Assembly: GCA_000708835.1 (NCBI GenBank)
Contig: DF237175.1
Span: forward strand, 1-64,000
DNA: 64,000 nt
Direction of reading: 5' to 3'
Source of the DNA: Klebsormidium nitens
Lineage: Eukaryota; Plantae; Klebsormidiophyceae
Shown here: positions 25,201 to 36,643 of the stretch, piece by piece
How positions within the stretch are numbered: the first letter of the stretch is position 1
Layout: each line of letters begins with the position of its first letter
Translations under genes and position numbers: made by a program
The notes under the pieces: generated by a model
Seen by the model: the letters and a program-made list of their open reading frames with translations, nothing else
What the model was told of the DNA's origin: nothing
Database searches by the model: none

Positions 25201-28200
25201 TTACACGCAGGTTAACGCCGCAGTTGGTGGGCTCTGAGCTTGGACGACTGTGCTATTGGTGGTTTGACCGACAGTTAGGTTACCGCCCTGCGCTCCCTTG
25301 TCGTAGAAAGTTGCGTTCGTGTAAAAGAAGACGGTACTGATGTCGGTTATTTCACCCACCGAGTCGTACAGGATGACTGCAAAACGGGTTGAGGGGTGGG
25401 TTAGGAGGGGTTACGTAGACTTAGTGTGGATCAAAAGAGAAACTGGTTCTGTTGCTGTAAAGTTACGGGCGTACCTTAAAAGTTCAACTTTACGATCGGG
25501 CTTGGACAGCTTGGATTAACAACAGGACTGGGTAAAAGACTGACACGAAAGAGGGGATTCAACGACGAGTGTGAAGCTCTTAGTAATCCACCAAGCGAGT
25601 CGGATGCTAATGCCGAGGCGGCTTCAAATTTTTGAGTTCGGCAGATCTGCTCCAAAAGTAGAGGGGAGAGAAAGCCCAGTCAAAGGAAAGCGGATGCTGT
25701 TTGAAATCTGATGCTCTGGAAACCATCCTAGGACTGTTCGAGGTCCACCCCCACGTCGAAACTCTTGAAAACAATTCCGCTACGCTTGCCTGTGCAGTTC
25801 CGCTGCGTGGCCTGGTCGTCCTGCACGACGACCGGAAACGCGAAGTCCTGCGTCGCGTTGGGAGCGATGCTGTGCATCTGCGCCTGGATGGGCAGAATGT
25901 TGTCGCTGCAGTTCTGGACCTGAGAAGCACATCAGAACGAGGTTTGAATGTAAAGGTTTTAGAGGTGAGTTTGAGGTCTTGCCTCTTTATCAAGATCTGC
26001 TGCTCTTAATTCTAAATGCTTTTATTACTTCGTGTGTGGCTTTGAAACATGAGGTGGAAAAGAAGAGGAAATTAAGTACGAAATAGCCGCGTAGGGTTGA
26101 GTAAGGAAGAGTGTGGTCTGCACGCAGGGCTCGACTTCATTATCCTGATAAAGTTTAATATGTATTGCGCAACAAGATATTTCAGAGTTCTGGGCTCAGA
26201 TTGGGTCCTGATCACTCTTCCTCTTTCGCTAATCTGTCCACCTCTCATGTTGTTGCTAATAATTTAAGACATAACAAGCAAAGTGGTTTGGTGAAGACAA
26301 TCGAACCATGGGGTACAGCTTACCGTCAGCGTGTAGTCCGCGACCAGAGTTCCGTTATTTTGTACAGTGATGGCCATGTTTCCGTTCCGCGACACCGCTT
26401 CGAAGGTCGGAACTACAGCGGAAACGATCTTCCCGGGGCTTCGATTAACCAGGTAACGGGCCTCGTCAGCGTTCAGCTCCAAGCTGACCACGCTGGACAG
26501 AATCTGGTTAACGACGAACTTCAGCTTTAACCCGGAACTCTGCAAGGACGAGCCGTACACTGGTCAAAGTCTGATTGAAGCCTGCGAGGCAAAATGCCAT
26601 CGTGCAATTGCGCGTTCGACCCGGAAAGGGGCTTTTATAATTAATTGTTATTTTCAAATTCAGCGCGCTCCGCTCTTCAGGGGCTGCCGGCAGAATGACC
26701 AGCGCTCAACCGTCGCCCAGCTGTCAACAACGAAGAAGAATCGATCTCTTTCCGCCTAGGGGATTGGAAAATGAGGAGCGCGAAGAATCTAGATGAGGCC
26801 CTTTTCAGTTGTCTAACGCCCCATTGATTGTGCTCCCTCATTCGGGGTCGGTGTTTCAATCAAGAAGAGGGCCAATGTTAAACACCGTCAGCCATGCCAC
26901 GTGTCCGACTCACGTCCGCGGCCCCGGTCGAGATGCCGTAGCCGCTGACGAGGTACTGCGGCACGAGGCCGGCCGCGACGCGCGCCGCGTCGGCCTTCGC
27001 GAGGTCCACCAGCTGGTTGGCCAGGCACGTGCCCGCGTATTGTTCGCACCGGTTGGGCTGATTTCGAAAGGCGGTGAAGCTCGTCCCGATCATGTTACAC
27101 ACGGTGCCGTCAAGATTGACCTGCGTCTTGTCGATAAACATCCACGTGGACGTGTTGGCGGTCAGGCGGCCGGCCTGGGGGAAGCGGATGGTGACGTCAG
27201 CTTGGAAAGTAGAATTTGAGTCTGCTCGCGGAGAAATTCGGTTCGGCGTCGTGACGACCTTGTAAGGAGATAGGCTGGATGTTATATATGTGCCCTGACA
27301 ACAGCAAAACGTGGTCGAAGAAAAGTCGCGATGGCGGTAGTCCTGTCCATCATGATGGGCGGGTGCGGATATCATGTGGCAATCACAAAGGTGAAGAGCC
27401 CTCGTCGAACCTGGAAGATATTTCCGGCTCTTTGCTGGCACAAAGCTTTCTGAAGATTCCTGTTTTGTCCACATAATATGGTTCCTCGGTGCAATTCCAG
27501 CGTTTCAGCGTCAATTTGTGCAGAGTCTGCCTTGCTCGCGCCCATCTTCTATATTGAGTAATCGAAGGACAGATGTTTAAGGAAACGAAATCTTTGGATG
27601 AGATTCACTGACCTGCGCCGCAGTCTGAGGAATCATGAGGTACCGGTCGCTGAAGACGGGCAGCTGCGTGTAGCTCGCCAGGTCTCCGGGCAACCGGGCC
27701 AGCACATTTCCCTCGGTTGTTTTTGCTACTGGGACGCTCGGACTCAGGATCAGAGTCTGGACGGCGCTGCCGTTGGAGACCCGGCCATTGTCGCTGGGCA
27801 GCATCCGGTTGACCGTGATCTGTCGGAGAAATGGGTAAGATTATCGAGGATTTTGACAAGAATTCCAACAGAGCGTTGAAGAGAATTGAGTTGCACACAT
27901 TTCAGGGCAACGCTTGGCTTGCCCACTGATTTACCAAAAACAATCGGTTACCCGTTTCGTTTGCTTACTTGCGCGGGCGACGCTGATCGACCCGGTTGGG
28001 AGCCGGTAAGAGATCCGGGAACGCTTACCGTTCTTGGCAGGGCATATAAAAGCTACGACTACGTATTTGAACCGCGAAAACTCCCTGATTAGGTTTCTTA
28101 AGACGTATTGAACCGCTGTACAATCAACGTTTATTCAACCGATCTACAAATGAGCTTTACTTTTCGACCCCCTCACCGAGAACGGAGCAATCGGGGCAGA

Positions 28201-31151
28201 CACACTGATGTACCCCAGTCGATTTCCCATCCACCACTCTTGACCACCACACCCCTTTGAGCCTCTTCACTTTAACGGAGAAACCCACCCCGGTATCGGA
28301 TTCACGGCTCTTACCCGTTGCACCACTTCGCCACTCTTCATCTCCCGAGGTATTCAGTCTATCGCCACGGCTACGTACTGACCATCAAACCACTTAGCCT
28401 TCTGAGGCTTTCCAGCAAGCCTGTCCTGGTGTCAATCGTTTCCCCTGCAGCTGAAAGTCGGGCGATGCGGCCCCAATGACGTACCGGGTCCCACTTCGCT
28501 GCCCTAAACGGACCGTGCATTTTTAGCCTCTCCCAATCCACAACCAGCCGTCTAAACTTTCTATTGACTGTTCCAAATGAACGTTTCTGCTGAATTGCCC
28601 ACCTGCAGCTGAAAGTCGAGTGATGCGGCCCCGATAAGGTACGCGGGGTACCAGTCGGCGGACATGCGCAGGCAGCTGGCGGTGGCGGGGATCCCCGTGA
28701 GGAAGAGCGAGTTGGTGAGCACGTTGCAGTTGACCGCGAAGCGCCGCTGCTGCGTGCTGGTGCCGCCCGTCGTGTCGCTCCACGTCTGGTCCACGCCGCA
28801 CTTGCAGCAAAAGCCCTGTACGGGAACAAATGAGTTGAACAAGAGTAGTGGGAATCATCTACCGAGAAGTCATAATTTGCGGCGCTCTCGTCGATTTTGG
28901 CAGTTTTTTACGTGTCTCTCATCCACTTCTACAGTTATAATAGGTGCGGCGTGACCCCTGTGGTGATTATAGCAAGGAGGAGGCCAGTGAATAGGGGTTA
29001 CGCGACACATCGCCAAGAAGTTAAGGGGAAAGAGGTCAGTGCGAAGTCATCATAGAGTTTTTCATCGGAGCCGAGCTGAGGACATCGACAATTTTTGAGA
29101 TCACCGGGATCAATGCAAGTCCGCAGCGAATCTGCTTGGATGAAATCAATGGGCAGCTCTGCACGAGAGTGCTTGCTGCTCCTTCGGAGTTCTGGGCGGC
29201 TCGAAGAACTTCGCAGCGCGGGGCAAGTGAAAGCCAATGCAGACAACGGGGACTCTCACCTGGCTGTTGGGAACGCGTGACCCGTCCTGTGCATAGTACC
29301 AGCCGCAGGTGGCCTGGTCGGCGAGGGCGCCATCTTGACACTGGTTGGTAAGGATGATCTCCTCGTAAGGCTTGGCGTTGAAGGACTGAACACAAGCGTG
29401 AATTAGCGTCAATCAAAGCGCCTTCGCTTTAGCTGCTGATTTGATCAATTCTGGACCTTCGATATCAGTGAAGCACTTTTTGAACGGTCCAAGAGGCAAG
29501 CTTACGTGCGCGGAGCAAAAGGCGTTCCTCGTCATCATGAAGCACTCCAAAAGGGGCTAGAACTCTTAGCGTCTCCAGAATAGGTGCACAAAAGAGCTAG
29601 AGTCCTCGAGACGTCAGTGGCCTGATTGAGCTGCTTAGACGGGTAAAGCTCGACCAGCCCTTGCGAGGTCTTTGCCAAATTTAGTGTTGGTGCCTCATTG
29701 GGAGGCTCGAGAGAGCTATGAAACAGAGGGTAGCGCTCTCAGGGTTTTCAACATGGCGAACAGAGAACACGCCCAGATAACTAAGCAGATTCGCTTGGTC
29801 TTGGCAGCTCTTCCAAAACTTGCTCCAAGAGCTTCCGCAATCGTATGTTAACTAGGTATAACGCCTCACCCGGAGGAACGAGAGCGGGTACGTGGCGTAG
29901 ACGGGCGTCTTGACGATGCTGATCTTGTACGCTTCCGCCAGCTGTCGGACAGTTCCGGTGGCGTCCGTCACGGCGGACAGGGTCGCCTCGAGAGAGTCCG
30001 TGGCCTGGGTCTGCATGGGAAGCGGATCCGCTCGATGGACTCGAGCGCACACGCTCAATCTTCATAAGAATAAGGTAACAACACCGACCTTGGATCACCG
30101 GAATACGTCAACCTCAAATCTCGAAGCCGACTTCAGCGACGTTAGAATTGTTCCAGTTACCTTTCCCGAATTGAGTGAGAGGAAAAGGTGGCCCAAGTTT
30201 GAAATCGGCTTAGAAAGTCTGCTGCGGAACTCGATTGCACGAGCACTGATTGCCATGATTCATATTGTCTTTAAATCACCCGCGAACGAGCTCAGCAAAA
30301 AGCCATCGGGGCTTTTTGACGGTTGGAAGCACAAGTGAAGCTCAGTCTAGCTTTCAAAGGTACTTCGCGATATAAATATCATACGTGGAAGATATGACGA
30401 GTCCTGCAGCAGTGCGACATCTTGGCCTTTTTGCGCGGAGGCCTACCTGCCCGTTTTGAACGATGAACGTCACCAGAATTTTGTTTTTGCACGTGATGTC
30501 CGTGCTGGACGCGTCCGCCAGCTTTGCGGACACCGTGACGGACGGCGCCCCGCCGCTGACGTCAGCGGCCGGCTCCTCAACGTCAGCGGGCGCCCCGGAG
30601 GGACCGCTTGAGCTTTTACCACCCGGAACCGGCGCCCCGCCTATGCTGCCAGCTGTCAAAACTTTCCCCGCGCCGGGCGCCAGAGCAGGAACCCCCATTG
30701 ATGGGCCGTTTGCGGCGGCACCGATAGGGCCCGCTGCCGGCCCGCCCCCGCAACTCGAGTTGGCAGAACCCTGCCCGAGTGAACACGTGTTCGAGGATGA
30801 CGTCATGCCCGGGGCAGGTGCGGGGCGGTGCGTGATTGGCGGGGAGAAAGCCGCGTCGAAAGTGGCGGGCCCGGGAATGGGTGCTGCTTGGCCGTTAGTG
30901 ACGGCGTCTAGATCCCCAGGAAACATGAAGGTGATTTCTACTGGGCGGGTTGGCTGGTAACTCAGAGTGGTCAGGTCGACAGACTGGAGGGACGCATTCC
31001 CACTAGGGGGTGAGCCCGTGACTACACAAGACTCAAGGTTGCTGCTCGACAGGACGAAGGCTTCGGTGTGAACACTCTCGTATGACAAGAGGCTCAGCAT
31101 TGCAACTAGAAGCGCATGCAAACCCCATTGGATTATGGGAGCTACACCCAT
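22255..31151 (-). CDS. HAP2: HAP2/GCS1 gamete fusogen (class II fusion protein), about 13-14 exons
   Basis: Signal peptide, then FVLSSSNLESC...CKNKILVTFIVQNGQ, KTPVYATYPLSFLR SFNAKPYEE, TCGW...SQGFCCKC, SCLRMSADWYPAY, GDLASY, WMFIDKTQVNLDGTVCNMIGTSFTAFRNQPNRC (HAP2-GCS1 core), VNRSPGKI, FEAVSR, DYTL, FYTNAT, a TM helix and CFQCC. These are collinear with Chlamydomonas HAP2. Exons approx. 31151-30447, 30011-29871, 29385-29260, 28815-28603, 27819-27613, 27173-26911, 26542-26324, 25920-25790, 25376-25284, (~24835-24768 uncertain), 24690-24597, 24296-23188, 22770-22557; last exon and stop near 22255 uncertain. Confidence 0.95.
28444..28644 (-). repeat. Degenerate intronic duplicate of the 3' end of HAP2 exon 4
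   Basis: 28444-28485 matches 28602-28644 with 5 mismatches in 41 nt (YVIGAASPDFQLQ vs YLIGAASLDFQLQ), offset 158 bp. The copy has lost the GT donor, and the downstream intron sequence is weakly similar too. Confidence 0.9.
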
Positions 31152-32694
31152 CGAGTGGCCCTGCTTTTGGAGGCCTCTTCCTGAGCCGCCCGCCATTTCG
31201 GGGGCTGTTAGTCAGAGATTATGGGGAGGGGCAATGCCATACGCGTTCTCACCGGCATAGATCTATGTGCGACTTAAGTCCCTGCGCTTTAACTGAGTCC
31301 AAGACCTACTTGGAAATTGAAGTCTCGGATACGGACTCTGCTAAGTATGCTCCAAGGTTTCGCCCTTTGCTTTGACAACGTCTCTCGTCAGCTTGCAGCA
31401 TTTTTGGCGGATCATCCGGTCTAAACCTTCGCAGTTGGATTGAATCGTCCCCTTCTCTGTGCCCTTCTTTCGCCTGTCAATTGGGGGCAATGAGACATTC
31501 TTGTTCTGCCCGCTGGATTTGCCCACTGGATTTACTTGCTCAGAAAGCTGTGGATCGTTCCACTTAACACCATTTAGCTCTTGGACTCCTCACAGGGTTC
31601 GCCTGTCCATCACAGTTCTTGCATGACTCGTCGCGATCAAGATGACTTTGTAAAACCGGAGGACCATGGCCTGTCAATGTAGTCCTGCGATCCTGAATGA
31701 CGCAACCCTATAAATACATCGGATACAGTATCCGATTCACTCAGCTTCTGACATGTCGAACCATAATGTCCGGTATTGTTTACATGACAGTACGTCCTGC
31801 GAAAAGGAAGGCAAATGGGGCTGTCAAACCGGACGTTCCCAGCTTGCTACGTACTCGTGAAAACAGGGGTACATTTCATTTCAGATAATCTGCTCCAGAC
31901 TCCGTTTCTACGACTGAGCCTACAGCCGTAGTCCAATGCAATAAGCGAAGTAGGAAATAAATCAACTCAAGTGCATAGCACCCTCTGCTCTCTTCGACAC
32001 GTGTACGTACAGGCGTTATCAGAGAATGGACTAGAAACCGCCCAACTCAAGTGTGCCGTATAATTGCAACGGCCGTTAAACCGCGACCTAATCCTGTTCC
32101 TAACCCAAATCTCTGTTGGCGCACTTTCCGCTTCTCCTACGCACCTTTCTTTACTAGCAAGTCGGCTATGCGATCTGCTGCAGAATATATAAGGTTAGTG
32201 CGGGTGAGCAGTGGTCAATTATCGTGCGAATATTGCAACTTCCGATGGTTCAATGGCCGTGCTTGTAAATGTACAAGTAAACGCGCTCACCCGTCCACAG
32301 AGGACATGACTCGATCACGAATTACGAGCAGTCGAGCTGACGGTCTTGGAGAAAAGCACTAGCAGTAGTCAGCGGGTATCTTGGTCAGCCCAGCCGCGGA
32401 GTAGGGTGCACATTTCGGGCGAACATTTTCAGCCGGCCACTAAAAAAGCTGATTGAAGACAAGTCGAAATATGCCCGGCCTGTCCCTAATAGGACGAGAT
32501 TATATCGCTACTCTGCTTGTTCTTTAGCTACCTAATCCTAAGTTGCGAAAGGTTCGAACTTCGGATCCTCGAGCAATGCGCAGCAGCGCGCCCTCGAGGC
32601 ATGGAGGGCTTCATTGCTCGCGACGCTTCACCTTCCATTCTCAGTCTGAGTCTGGATTCGGACGCCGACCATGACCGAGTCCGACCGATCAGTT

Positions 32695-33367
32695 CTATGA
32701 GTCCGCGATCCAATGATTGGACTCAAGTTTGCCGCGTCCGAAAGCATCGCGCGCGCGCCGCGTAAACTTGAACCGGCTGAAAGTTGCAGCATTGGCCGGT
32801 CAGACATATGGTCCACGTGATCATCGATGATTGCAAAGTCGACGTGCCATAGCCTATGCTACTACATAACTTTGAATATCGACCTACTCGTAGTTAGTGG
32901 TGCATCTACGTGGCGCGTGATGTGCGCGACACAAGCAGGGACTGCGACGTAGGGCAAGCTGAGCCTCACACCCACCTAGGTGAACCTAGACCGGTAGGAA
33001 TCTATTATCTAGGATGCTCAAGCCTCAGCATGGCCGGGTATTCCCGTATTATTATGTTGAAGACAGCTAGTGCTCATGGTCAGAAAATGGGAAGAGCTGA
33101 GCTGAACAGACTTTTGGAATGCATGCATCTAGCTGCTATGTGATGCACAGAGAGGTGGGTAAGTTCATCGAAGTAGACTCACTTTCTGGGGGCTTCCTTA
33201 TGCCAGCTCGAGGCAGCACAGGCTTTGCAGTTCAGTCTTCTACTTCTTGCCGGAAGCTCAGCCATTGATGTAGCGACATCAGCTGGAGTCGGACGGCGTT
33301 TAGGTTCTTCTCTGAGCTCTAGCTGGGGCTGACTTTGCAGCATTGGCATTGGAAAAGCAGCAAACAT
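32695..33367 (-). CDS. Possible small two-exon ORF (~88 aa), unknown function
   Basis: ATG at 33367, GTGAGT donor at 33182, CTTTCAG acceptor before 32776, phase-compatible: MFAAFPMP...HKEAPR-N-RFKFTRRARDAFGRGKLESNHWIADS*. No homology recognised. Confidence 0.3.
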
Positions 33368-33499
33368 CCAGTTAGTTGCTAGTAGGCTAAGTTTCTCTAC
33401 GCTGCGATTTGGGCGTCATTTCAGCTCGACAAAGCGCGTCCCCCATCTGAGCTTGACAAAAATCAGTGCATTGGGTCGCGCGAGCAAGGCACTACAACG

Positions 33500-35567
33500 A
33501 TGGCAGACAGCAAGGCCTTGTTTCTGACTCATGGGTAAGTCATTGTTCCGCTCAATACTCCACCCTGCAAAATTCATTGAATGTCATTGAATCGTTTTGC
33601 TAAGCCTTTTTGCATTACTGATCACCACCTTGGGATCTGAAAATGGATAGTTGGCAATGCGAATGAAAAACATACATGCCAGATCTCTACACACTGGTAA
33701 AGAATCTAAGCTTTAGAGTAAATCCAAACAACTCGCATCTGTCCCTTCATTCTCTATCTTTTGATCACTCTGTTTGTACCAGGATAAGGAATCCTTTCAA
33801 TTCAAGCGGTCTCTGCGTGCATTGCTCTGTCATCTTTCTCTATATAGTTTGGATATGCAGTTGGACACAATGTAAGTTGGGCATGTTTTCTGATACCCTT
33901 TCAGAACTCTAAGCTTCTGTCGGCAATAAAGCTTCTCATAGTAAGCTTGCATGGCTGCCCCTTAACTTGCACCAGCTTTTCAGAAAAATTAGAGTTAACT
34001 GATCCTGGTTGCTTGAAGTTCTGAGCTTGCATTACATCTGTTTACATTCTGAAGTTCCTCGGGGTCCTCAACGTTTTACCACATTTCAAGAACTCAGAGC
34101 ATGCACAGCTTTGAACTGCCCATCGCCATTCCGGCCCCAATTGTCTCCTTTGCTTCGTGGACTCTTCCACCAAACCTCTGAACTTCCAAGTAGTCTGTTG
34201 AAATGCCTATACTTTTTCTGCTTGTCACATCTCACATTGAAACTCGATCATTGAAGAAGTTTTTGTCCATCATCAGTATCTCAGCTCAGCAAAGAGCGGA
34301 CTCCTTGTCCATTTAAACCCCTTCCCTTACCTTCACAAACAGCGGACATTTCTGGTTCGTCGCCCGCCTGAGGTTCCTTATCTCGTATCGACTTTCATTC
34401 GTTTCCTCTCCTACAGGGCCCTCATGTTCCTCGCCTTTGGCGTCTTCTTCCCGCTCGCCATCATCGCCGTCAAAGCCCTCCGAGGCTCCACGCGACGATT
34501 TGTGGCCGTTCACATTGCCCTCAACGTCCTCGGCTGGATCCTAGCGACTATCGCCATCATCATAGCTTATGCTAAATTCGACGCCATGGATACCATGCAC
34601 GCGCGAATCGGCACCACTGTCATTATCCTCGTGTGGCTCCAGCCTTTCGCCGCGCTCCTGAGGCCGAAAGTGGGAACCCCCATCCGGCCGTTCTGGTTCG
34701 TGTTGCATTGGCTGTTTGGCACGGGGATCATTGTGCTTGGGTGGGCCAATATATTCTTCGGGATCGACATCTACCGGGACACCGGATTTGCTGGCAAGGC
34801 CAGGGTGAGTTGATCTGCTCTGGAGTGTGCTGCAAGTGTGCAAAAGTTTGGGCGCATTCTTTTTCTCTGATGCACATGTTGCAAAAGGTCCAGTACTTGG
34901 AGGCGCATGTCTGGAAGTCCTTGCCGGGCCCCTTCAAATTCACACGTGGATTCTCCAAAGCAACATCCGTGAATCTGTAAGAGGGGCGAAATAGGATCGA
35001 GTTGGACGGTTCCAAGTTGCTAAGCAAACTACGAATTTCTGCAATACGACACGAGGTTCTAGTAAGGGCGGTTCGATCCAATTCTGAAGTTTCTCGAAGC
35101 AAACACAAGGTACAAGCAAATGATTTTGAACTGCATCCTCCTTGGGCAGTGGACAATGTCTTTGGCTTTCATCCTATCAAGGATCTTTTCAGAAAGGCAG
35201 GTCAGTGGCCGGGTTACGAGCAACGAACCTCGTCGAAGTGCCGAAGTGCCGGATATTTTGGATAATCCAGTGGAGATGACCCGCACGTGAGTTTTTTTAG
35301 TTCATTCAAAATCACTTTACTGGCCTGCATGCCCCGGTATCAATCAACTCGGATCCGTTCTCTGTGCAGAACATCTACATTTTGTACGGGGTCTGGATCG
35401 GCATCCTGGGTCTCATCATCCTCTTCCTGGACAAGCTTCCGCAACTCCCAGGGATGGCACGTGGCGACAATGACGTCAAGCCTGGCGTCAACGGTCATCC
35501 GACCATCCCCAAAGTGGGCGGCCCTACCAAAGAGTATCACACAGAAGCACCGGCCAACGTTGTATAA
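33500..35567 (+). CDS. Cytochrome b561 / ferric reductase-like transmembrane protein without a DOMON domain, 206 aa, 3 exons
   Basis: Exons 33500-33534, 34417-34804 and 35370-35567, in phase. Four spaced heme-ligand His residues: LTHGALM, VAVHIAL, TMHARIG and FVLHWLFG. The LQPFAALLRP motif and five hydrophobic helices are also present. Confidence 0.9.
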
Positions 35568-36643
35568 TTGAAAAGTTGGTGCCATATACTTTTGTGTTGA
35601 ATGTTCCCGGTCTATATAAAGCTACATAATCGATAGATTGGGAACTTGATTTTTGGTCAACCATCGCCAGATTGGCGTTTGTGTTGCCATAAAAGGCGTA
35701 TCTAGAAGCGCCCTCCATTGTACAGAATCCATTCGTAGTAAATTATATGGTAGTAAGTTGGTTAAACATGCCTAAGAACTGTCAAATTGTGAGCTCTATC
35801 TTGAACTTACTGATATGCCTGCCCGCAAAGACATTCGGCATTCGATTCCAAATTTTTGAAAAGCTGACAAAAGCTAGTGATACATTTTTCCAAGAGGAGA
35901 CACGTAGAGACACGTTGGTGCGTTGTATCAGTGGAAGAAGTGTCCATATTTAAACATCTGCGAATGTGCTCGACACTTGTAAGCGAGTGCTTGTATGAGT
36001 GATCGTGATGTTTCTCAACAGAGGAAGCATTATACATGGCACAAAAATGTCAGTTGACCTGTGGACAACTTCACCACTGACTATACCGCCTATAACATAG
36101 ATTCTTTAGTTAGTTTTCAGCTACCAAGACGGCTCAGCTTACAGCCATTGTGACGGCTCAGCTTACACGTTGCATGATAAGCTTAAGTGCCAATTGTGTT
36201 TTGCTGAGTGCCCAACATCTACACGCGACGGTCGATATTGTCTGCAAGCTGCAATCATGAGATATCGAAACCATCTGCAAGCAGATCATCATGTCGAATG
36301 CCTGCAAGCTGATCGCCTACTATGAATTTGAACCGCCGCCACATCAGTTGCCCAAACGTCAGACAGGAATCGTCACGGAGGCCTTGAGAGACGTGACAAT
36401 AAATCACCAGTGTTCACTGCCTGCCTTCTCCTTTGTGAGCGCTCAACTCGATTGTATCGCCAACACCGCATCACTCTTCTTTGCGGGCCTTGTCAAATCC
36501 ATTGCCGCCAGCACGTATGCATCAGTCTCCCGTCCCTTCTCCCGACCCCATTCAGGCTCTTCCTGGTGTTGTCACCTGCCTAGCACGCAAGCCCCAGTTC
36601 AACGTAAGTAATAGGCCGCATTAAGTTCTATAGCCTACCGTTT

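Noticed and set aside
36128-36167. 16-bp direct repeat with an 8-bp spacer, plus other 11-bp tandem duplications (~39195, ~49930)
   Set aside because: Isolated micro-duplications in non-coding DNA; no array structure, so not CRISPR-like.
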